From Candidatus Woesearchaeota archaeon (lineage in GTDB: Archaea; Nanobdellota; Nanobdellia; Woesearchaeales; JABGUJ01): a DNA stretch of 64,000 nt. The notes under the pieces were generated by a model. That model saw nothing but the letters and a program-made list of their open reading frames with translations, did no database searches and was not told where the DNA came from. The stretch's first letter is position 1; every line of letters begins with the position of its first letter. The stretch spans positions 226,843 through 290,842 of the forward strand of contig JABGUJ010000002.1 of assembly GCA_018646625.1 (NCBI GenBank), read 5' to 3'. The position numbers and the translations under genes are program-made. Below, piece after piece: positions 57,274 to 64,000 of the stretch.

Positions 57274-58008
57274 ATGAAAAAAATTATTGCAATTGGATTA
57301 ACTGCGCTTTCTTTAACTGGCGCAGCATACGCATTTGGAGGTCTTGGTCAAAATGAAAAAGGATTCATGGGCCAGAATACAAATGTGCAAAGTGCTATAG
57401 AAAGTAACGACTATGATGCATTTTTAGAAGCTGTTTCATCTATCGATTCTAATGCATTAGATAGAGTAGATGAAGAAAGGTTTGCATTTATGGTAGAGCA
57501 ACATGAAAATAAAGAAGCTATGGACGCTGCACTAGATAATGGAGACTTTGAAGCATTCAAGAATGCCATGAGTGAAAGATGCGAAAGAAGAATGGACCAA
57601 ATGACTGAAGATAAATTTCAAGAAATGGTTGAAAGACGCAATGCACATGATGTTGTTGAAGCCGCAATTGAAAGTGGAAACTACGACGCATGGGTTGAAG
57701 CAGTGTCTGCATTACCTCATGGATCTGGAATGGCAGAAGTTGTTTCTGAAGAAGACTTTGAGATTATGATAGAAGTACATGATCTTAAAGAATCTGGTGA
57801 CCATGAAGCTGCGAAAGCATTGGCTCAGGAAAATGATCTGAAACCTATGAGACATGGCGCAAAAGAAGGACGTGGCCATGGAATGGGACAAGGTCAAGGC
57901 ATGGAACGAGGTCAACGTTCTAAAGGCCAGGGAATTGGCTTTGGACAAGGTCAAGGATTTGGACAGGGTCAGGGTCAACGAGGTCTGCACAGGGGAGGAA
58001 TACAATAA
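57274..58008 (+). CDS. Secreted helical-repeat protein with Gly/Gln-rich tail
   Basis: Signal peptide; three repeats AIESNDYDAF / ALDNGDFEAF / AIESGNYDAW; GQGQG tail; GGAGG SD. Confidence 0.75.
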   Translation: MKKIIAIGLTALSLTGAAYAFGGLGQNEKGFMGQNTNVQSAIESNDYDAFLEAVSSIDSNALDRVDEERFAFMVEQHENKEAMDAALDNGDFEAFKNAMSERCERRMDQMTEDKFQEMVERRNAHDVVEAAIESGNYDAWVEAVSALPHGSGMAEVVSEEDFEIMIEVHDLKESGDHEAAKALAQENDLKPMRHGAKEGRGHGMGQGQGMERGQRSKGQGIGFGQGQGFGQGQGQRGLHRGGIQ

Positions 58009-58043
58009 AGATGGCACGGCCCCGCCATCTTTTTTATTTTTTT
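58007..58043 (+). terminator. Hairpin plus U-tract terminator
   Basis: AAAGATGGC-loop-GCCATCTTT followed by T runs. Confidence 0.6.
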
Positions 58044-58090
58044 GTGGACGTTTAGTCCATTTACTTTAAAAACACAGTTAATACAAACAT

Positions 58091-58480
58091 ATGAGGATGA
58101 GAATAATGAATAAACAAATTTTAGTTTTGGTTTTATCTATATCTTTTATAATGATAGTGGGATGTTCTCAGTCAGAACCCGTGAAAATTGATCATAACTA
58201 TGACAATCATAAGAAAACAATCTCATCGCCAAATGATGAACAAGAATTAATAAATCACTCACATCTTGAAAACTCAACACCACACAATGAATCACACCAG
58301 GGAATAATTAGTAAACTTGGGGTTTGTAAAGATCTTAACGAAGGAGATATTTGTGTAGCCAAGTTGCATAGGGGAGATGTTAATGGAAAGTGTGTTGTAA
58401 GAGAAGATGAATTAATTTGTCAACCAAATGATAAAGGTAGAGGTATGAAAAAACAGAATGGTGCGGAAAATCACAGGTAG
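58091..58480 (+). CDS. Putative lipoprotein, His-rich linker and Cys-containing C-terminal domain
   Basis: IVGC lipobox; CKDLNEGDIC...C...LIC. Confidence 0.6.
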   Translation: MRMRIMNKQILVLVLSISFIMIVGCSQSEPVKIDHNYDNHKKTISSPNDEQELINHSHLENSTPHNESHQGIISKLGVCKDLNEGDICVAKLHRGDVNGKCVVREDELICQPNDKGRGMKKQNGAENHR

Positions 58481-59171
58481 AATTCCACTACTGGAATTCG
58501 AAAATGCATGGAAAATTTATAAAATGGGTCAAATAAATGTTCCTGCATTAAAAGGTATAAGTCTTAAGATATACAAAGGAGATTTTGTTGCCATAATAGG
58601 TCAATCAGGATGTGGTAAATCTACTTTAATGAATTTAGCAGGCTGCTTAGATTTACCAACCAAAGGTAAAGTTTTTCTAAAATCTCATGATATTTCAACA
58701 CTTCCAGAGTCAGATCTAGCTACTATGCGTGGTCAAACAATAGGTTTCATTTTTCAACAATATAATTTGATTCCGAATATGACGGCGTTTGAAAATGTTA
58801 TGTTGCCTCTTGAATTTCTAGAATATGATGATGATGATGCAGCAGAAAGAACTAGAAAAATAATGAAATTGGTAAGTTTAGAAGATAAAATGCATCACCT
58901 GCCATCACAATTGTCAGGAGGACAACAACAAAGAGTATCTATTGCAAGATGTTTAGCATCTGATCCCGAAATAATATTTGCAGATGAACCAACAGGTGCT
59001 TTAGATAGTAGTACAGGAATAGAAATATTAGAAACATTGAAACGATTGTGGAAAGAAGAAGGTAAAACAATCATAATGGTAACTCACGATTTAAAACTAG
59101 CCAAATATGCTCATACAGTTATTGAATTAAAAGATGGAGAAATAGTTAATACCCAACATAAAAAAAAATGA
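58458..59171 (+). CDS. ABC transporter ATP-binding protein (LolD/MacB type)
   Basis: GQSGCGKST, LSGGQQQRVSIAR, ADEPTGALD, VTHD. Confidence 0.93.
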   Translation: MVRKITGRIPLLEFENAWKIYKMGQINVPALKGISLKIYKGDFVAIIGQSGCGKSTLMNLAGCLDLPTKGKVFLKSHDISTLPESDLATMRGQTIGFIFQQYNLIPNMTAFENVMLPLEFLEYDDDDAAERTRKIMKLVSLEDKMHHLPSQLSGGQQQRVSIARCLASDPEIIFADEPTGALDSSTGIEILETLKRLWKEEGKTIIMVTHDLKLAKYAHTVIELKDGEIVNTQHKKK

Positions 59172-59197
59172 AAGAATCAAATTCGAGGTGTATTCAA

Positions 59198-60577
59198 ATG
59201 AAAAAGGTATCAATGTTAGTCTTGTTTATTTTAGTTATGAGTTTAGGAGTATTGGCGCAGTCAACACATACAGATAGTACCGCCAAAACGGTTCTTAGCT
59301 TGAACTTAATAAATCAAGATCCGGATCCGGCAATTGCGGGAGATATTGTTGAGGTGAGAGTAGGTATTGAGAATTTAGGAGGAAAACCATCTGGTGCTTT
59401 TTTGATAGAGCTACTGGAAGATTATCCGTTCTCGTCAATAGTTGGAGAACCCTTGATACAGAAAGTAGATTCTATTGATGCACACCAGTCAGGAGATAAT
59501 TCTAAAATAATCAAGTTTAAAGTGCGAGTAGACAAAGATGCTGTTGCTGCGGAGTATGAATTAAAGCTACTAGAGTATTTTGAAGGTAAAAGAGATGTTT
59601 CTGCCACACAAAGAAGTTTATCTATCGATATTAAAAATAGAGAGAATGCAGAAGTTATTCATATCGATAAGACTATGTTAGTTCCAGGTAAGCAAAGCAG
59701 TCTCAAGTTTACAATTAATAATGTAGGTAATGCTCCGCTGAGAGATCTTAATTTCTATTGGTTAAATGAAGATAAAGTAGTTTTGCCTGTTGGAAGCGAT
59801 AATACAAAATATATTAAATATATAGAAATGGGAGAAAGTGCAGAAATGGAGTATCAAGTCATTTCAGATTCTAATGCAGATCCTGGATTGTATGAACTTG
59901 AATTATATCTTAGCTATGATGATCCATTAAGTAGTGAAGCAAAAGAAGTTACGACAATTGCAGGAGTCTATGTTGGAGGAGAAACCGATTTTGACGTTGC
60001 GTTCTCTGAAAGTTCAGGAGGAGAGGCATCATTTAGTGTTGCAAATATAGGAAGTAATCCTGCGTTCTCTGTTTCAATCGTGATACCTAAGCAATCTAAT
60101 TGGCAAGTGACAGGATCTAACTCTATGATTGTAGGTAATTTAAACAAAGGAGATTATACTGTTGCTAGCTTTACTCTTCAAAAAGCTCAAAGTTCAGCAT
60201 CTGTTGAGAAAACTGATGACAAAACTGTTTCCCCGAAAAGAGCTAGATTTGGAAATGTAACAAATGAAGATGGATTAAGAATACAAGTAGTATACACAGA
60301 TACTAGAGGAGAAAGAAGTACCGTAGAAAAAGTAGTTAATCTTAATCCCTCTATGTTAAGTGGAGGAATGGGAGCCGCATTTGCAGGTGCTGCAAGATCT
60401 GGAATGGCGGGTAGAACAACTAAAACAAGTATGCTTTCACAATACAAATGGCACATAATTTTTGTGATTCTTGTTGTAGTCCTAATAGTTCTACGTAGTA
60501 AATACAAGAAAATGAAGATGGCAGATCCTAAATTCAAATTGATGGATTTGTTTGGACTTGGCAAAAAGAGACATTAG
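59198..60577 (+). CDS. COG1361 S-layer-domain family protein
   Basis: Signal peptide, QDPDPAIAGD, INNVGNAP, VANIGSNPA, C-terminal TM; between ABC ATPase and permease. Confidence 0.8.
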   Translation: MKKVSMLVLFILVMSLGVLAQSTHTDSTAKTVLSLNLINQDPDPAIAGDIVEVRVGIENLGGKPSGAFLIELLEDYPFSSIVGEPLIQKVDSIDAHQSGDNSKIIKFKVRVDKDAVAAEYELKLLEYFEGKRDVSATQRSLSIDIKNRENAEVIHIDKTMLVPGKQSSLKFTINNVGNAPLRDLNFYWLNEDKVVLPVGSDNTKYIKYIEMGESAEMEYQVISDSNADPGLYELELYLSYDDPLSSEAKEVTTIAGVYVGGETDFDVAFSESSGGEASFSVANIGSNPAFSVSIVIPKQSNWQVTGSNSMIVGNLNKGDYTVASFTLQKAQSSASVEKTDDKTVSPKRARFGNVTNEDGLRIQVVYTDTRGERSTVEKVVNLNPSMLSGGMGAAFAGAARSGMAGRTTKTSMLSQYKWHIIFVILVVVLIVLRSKYKKMKMADPKFKLMDLFGLGKKRH

Positions 60578-60585
60578 AACTAAAA

Positions 60586-61821
60586 ATGAAATTAAGCAAA
60601 TGCTTTAAGCACGCATTTAACATGGTGATACATAGTAAGCTTAGAAGTTGGCTTACTATTATTGGCATTGTTATAGGCGTTGCATCAGTTATTGCAATAA
60701 CATCTTTAGGTGCAGGAATGCAACAATCTCTTGAATCACAAATGAGTGGATTAGGTTCTGATTTATTAACGATTACTCCGGGCTATTCTAAAGGAGGAAG
60801 CATGTTTCGTAATAGAGGGGGAGACTCTGGAAGTTCTACAGCAACAGAAGAAGAAATATTGTTAGACCGTACGGACGTTCAAGCGTTGAAAGGGATATCA
60901 GATATTGCATTTATTGAAACTGAAGTTGGTGGAAAAGTAGATGTATCGTTTCTAGGAAAAATGGGCTCTGTATCATTAACCGGTGTGGATCAGAAAGTAT
61001 GGTCTGATGTGACAACAGCAGTGATTGCTGAAGGAAGATTATTAGACTCTGCAGATCAAAATGTAGTAGTTATTGGTGGTAATTTAGCAAGTTCTTTCTT
61101 TGATCAACCTTTAGGCATCAATAAAATGTTCACTATTGAAGGTAGCGCATTTAGAGTTGTGGGTGTTCTGGATGATACAAGTACCAGAATATATATGCCA
61201 ATTCAAATGACATATCAATTACTCGAAGATAAAGATACAGATATTTACGATTCAATCATATTGAAAGTAAAAGATGAAGAAATGTTGGATGAGACTATTC
61301 TTAAGATTGAGAAAAAACTCAAGATAAGTCGGCACGTCACAGATAAGGATAGAGACTTTTCTATTAGTTCTAGTAAACAGATGATGGAAACAAGAATGGA
61401 AATGATGGGTTCGGTGAGTTTATTCTTGACTGCGATTGCCGCTGTTTCTTTAATTGTTGGAGCAGTCGGTATTGCAAATACCATGTTTACGTCCGTACTT
61501 GAAAAGACTAAAGAGATTGGAATAATGAAAGCAATAGGTGCAAAGAATAGAGATATTCTTTCCATATTCTTGTTTAATGCTGCACTAATAGGATTAGTTG
61601 GTGGATTAATAGGGGTGTTGTGCGGAGTTGGGGTATCAAGTATGATGCCTATGCTTATGGGAAGTATGCCAATGTCAAGAGGAGGGTCAATAACATTAGT
61701 AACATTAAATTCCGTTATGTTGGCATTAGGTGTTTCAGTTGCAGTAGGGATTATTGCGGGCTTTATTCCAGCATATAATGGTTCTAAATTAAAGCCAGTA
61801 GACGCTCTAAGGTATGAATAA
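60586..61821 (+). CDS. ABC transporter permease (MacB/FtsX family)
   Basis: KLRSWLTIIGIVIGVASVI, VGAVGIANTM, EKTKEIGIMKAIGA, PVDALRYE. Confidence 0.93.
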   Translation: MKLSKCFKHAFNMVIHSKLRSWLTIIGIVIGVASVIAITSLGAGMQQSLESQMSGLGSDLLTITPGYSKGGSMFRNRGGDSGSSTATEEEILLDRTDVQALKGISDIAFIETEVGGKVDVSFLGKMGSVSLTGVDQKVWSDVTTAVIAEGRLLDSADQNVVVIGGNLASSFFDQPLGINKMFTIEGSAFRVVGVLDDTSTRIYMPIQMTYQLLEDKDTDIYDSIILKVKDEEMLDETILKIEKKLKISRHVTDKDRDFSISSSKQMMETRMEMMGSVSLFLTAIAAVSLIVGAVGIANTMFTSVLEKTKEIGIMKAIGAKNRDILSIFLFNAALIGLVGGLIGVLCGVGVSSMMPMLMGSMPMSRGGSITLVTLNSVMLALGVSVAVGIIAGFIPAYNGSKLKPVDALRYE

Positions 61822-61857
61822 TTTTAGATAAATTAAAAAAGGGATTTTGATATTCTT

Positions 61858-62583
61858 ATGGTTATGACTAAGGTAGAATCATTCGAGCTTGAGCCTGGCG
61901 AGGTTATTCAGAGTAAGTATGAAATAATTGAGTTGCTAGGGGATGGTTGGGAAGGTGAAGTTTACTTAGTAAAAGAGTTATTGACTGGCATAGAAAGAGC
62001 TGCCAAGTTTTTCTTTCCAGAGAGAAATAAACATAATAGGTCTAGTAAATTTTATGCTAAGAAGTTGCATAAGTTGAGAAATTGCGATATTGTTATTCAG
62101 TATTATACTCAAGAGGAAATTCATTTACAAGATGGTTTTGTCACTTATTTGGTTTCCGAGTTTATTGATGGAGAGTTGTTGAGCGAGTTTTTGAAAAGAC
62201 AACCTGGTAGGCGGTTACACCCGTTCATTGCGTTGCATTTGCTCTATTCTTTAGCAAAAGGTATGGAAGAAGTGCACAGAGTAGGCGAGTATCACGGTGA
62301 TTTGCATACAGAGAATATCATTGTACAAAGACACGGTTTAGGATTTGAGTTGAAGATATTAGATTTCTATAAATGGGGTTCGCCAAGTGCGGAACATAGA
62401 AGAGATGATGTCATCGATATGATTAAGATATTCTATGATGTTCTTGGTGGGGCGAAGCATTACGCTGGCTTGCCAGATGAAATTAAGGATATTTGTTGCG
62501 GATTGAAAAAATCGCTAATTCTGCAGAAATTTAAGACAGCAGGCCAACTAAGAGGGTATTTGGAAAGTTTTGAATGGGAATAG
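61858..62583 (+). CDS. Ser/Thr protein kinase-like protein
   Basis: LGDGWEGEVY, AAK, HGDLHTENI, ILDF. Confidence 0.8.
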   Translation: MVMTKVESFELEPGEVIQSKYEIIELLGDGWEGEVYLVKELLTGIERAAKFFFPERNKHNRSSKFYAKKLHKLRNCDIVIQYYTQEEIHLQDGFVTYLVSEFIDGELLSEFLKRQPGRRLHPFIALHLLYSLAKGMEEVHRVGEYHGDLHTENIIVQRHGLGFELKILDFYKWGSPSAEHRRDDVIDMIKIFYDVLGGAKHYAGLPDEIKDICCGLKKSLILQKFKTAGQLRGYLESFEWE

Positions 62584-62649
62584 AATCTCCACTGGTCACT
62601 GGACATTTTTACGCAGGTTATTTAAACCATATTAGGGATGATCTTATAA

Positions 62650-63486
62650 ATGGAAAATCAAACAATCAGCAGACTTACTAAACACTTTGAAGACTACGCA
62701 TATGAAGAAGATAGCATTGAATTTTGGTTTGCAAGGGATTTGAAGAATCTTCTAGGATATGAACAATGGCGAAACTTCCTCAAAGTAGTAGAGAAAGCAA
62801 AAGAATCCTGTAAAACTTCAGGAAACAAAGTTTTAGACCATTTTGCTGACGCCAGCAAGATGGTTAAATTGGGGTCTGGTTCAGAAAGGGAAATAAAGGA
62901 TATTATGCTTACAAGATACGCTTGTTATCTTATTGCTCAGAATGGCGATCCCAGAAAAGAAGATATTGCATTTGCTCAGAGTTATTTTGCAGTTAAAACT
63001 CGAAAACAAGAGTTAATTGAAGAAAGAATTGCATTGAAAGAACGTTTTGATGCAAGGGAGAAACTTGCAAAGTCGGAAACTGAATTGTCAAAGTTGATTT
63101 ATGAACGTGGTGTCGATGATAATGGTTTTGCAAGGATAAGAAGCAAGGGAGATGCCGCACTCTTTGGTGGGAAAACTACTCTTCAAATGAAGAAAAAACT
63201 TAGTATTCCAAAAAACCGAGCGATGGCAGACTTCTTACCTACAGTCACAATCGCTGCAAAGAATTTTGCTACAGAGATTACAAATTTCAATGTTAAAAAG
63301 AATGAGTTGCAAGGTGAACAAAGAATAACTGGCGAACATGTAAGAAATAATAAAAGAGTTAGGACTGTGCTATTAGAGGATGAAATTGTTCCCGAAGATC
63401 TGCCTCCTGAAGAGGACATAAAAAAATTAGAAAGACGATTAAATAAAAGCGATGCCGAGTTAGCATTAGATTCAAAGATAAAGTGA
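62650..63486 (+). CDS. dinD: DNA damage-inducible protein D
   Basis: WFARDL..LLGY..W.NF, LTRYACYLIAQNGDPRK, AFAQSYFA, IRSKGDAALFGG, ADFLPT. Confidence 0.9.
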   Translation: MENQTISRLTKHFEDYAYEEDSIEFWFARDLKNLLGYEQWRNFLKVVEKAKESCKTSGNKVLDHFADASKMVKLGSGSEREIKDIMLTRYACYLIAQNGDPRKEDIAFAQSYFAVKTRKQELIEERIALKERFDAREKLAKSETELSKLIYERGVDDNGFARIRSKGDAALFGGKTTLQMKKKLSIPKNRAMADFLPTVTIAAKNFATEITNFNVKKNELQGEQRITGEHVRNNKRVRTVLLEDEIVPEDLPPEEDIKKLERRLNKSDAELALDSKIK

Positions 63487-63502
63487 TTTAATTATATTTT
63501 AG

Positions 63503-64000
63503 TTAATCTTCTGCCTGCGACCAAAGAAGGTCAAAGAATGTTTTGTATGTGCTTGCAAAGTTTTTGTCTTTTATCATTAATCCGTATGGATTAGAGGAGT
63601 AGTTTATTAGTAGCAAAAGATCACCTGAAATAATGTATTCTGTGTTTGTGTTTATGTTAAGAAATTTTACTTTCGTTCGCAGTTCTTTTCTTCTTCTTAG
63701 GCCGTACTCTTTACTGTCATTATTAACGAGAATCTTTAGACTTACTTTGTCTGCCTTTTTCTTCTTAAAAACTACATCAATGAAAAAGCCTTCTAATTTT
63801 TTGAAAGCTTCTGCGGGTGCGGATGCAACATAGTACTCGCCACCGTTCTCCCAAGAGTTAATCAACTCTAAGAACATAGATTTTATTCCTCTTATTCCAT
63901 AGAAATATTTGAAATCACTTAACTTTTGTAATTCAGATGGCGATGCTTTAAGTTGGGATATAAAGTTGATTAACTGTTTCTTTTCGTTTTTTATTTGAAG
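63503..64000 (-). CDS. TrmB-family regulator, C-terminal part (runs off the window)
   Basis: Frame is open to base 64000; YFYGIRGIKSMFLEL and FFDLLWSQA match the C-terminal domain of 15617-16375. Confidence 0.7.
   Translation of the reverse strand, partial: LQIKNEKKQLINFISQLKASPSELQKLSDFKYFYGIRGIKSMFLELINSWENGGEYYVASAPAEAFKKLEGFFIDVVFKKKKADKVSLKILVNNDSKEYGLRRRKELRTKVKFLNINTNTEYIISGDLLLLINYSSNPYGLMIKDKNFASTYKTFFDLLWSQAED

Noticed and set aside
1..64000. CRISPR array or cas operon
   Set aside because: No regularly spaced 25-40 bp repeats were seen; the Cas4-like N-terminus of DUF2779 has no cas neighbours.

Overview
AT-rich chromosomal segment of an archaeon. It encodes L10e, L7Ae, S28e, L24e, EF-1alpha, EF-2 with the diphthamide His, TYW3, TrmB and Lrp regulators, a class III pilin and TATA-type promoters. 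The gene repertoire suggests a DPANN/Woesearchaeota-like lineage (inference). The housekeeping backbone is polB (3' part), rpl10e, purM, rpl7ae-rps28e-rpl24e-ndk-fusA-tuf-rps10 and tRNA-Ser(GGA). An ~11.2 kb element is integrated at the tRNA 3' end, bounded by the 13-bp direct repeat GGGCGGCAGCGTT (38948-38960 and 50157-50169). It carries a tyrosine integrase, a VirB2-like pilin, a reverse-strand cassette ending in a receptor-like membrane-anchored HNH protein, a chimera of a conjugation-type membrane protein and a type III restriction nuclease domain, DUF2779 and a minimal GIY-YIG. The strongest novelty candidates are four: (1) two paralogous tandem Fis-type HTH proteins plus a recurring 16-bp palindrome (NNGACA-N4-TGTCNN) in the promoters of these genes and several uncharacterised genes, a candidate undescribed regulon; (2) a voltage-sensor domain fused to an APC amino-acid permease and a methyltransferase-like domain; (3) the extracellular Cys-rich / TM / coiled-coil / HNH protein; (4) a box C/D-like RNA in the rpl7ae leader. 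All calls come from motif recognition by eye; no searches were run.
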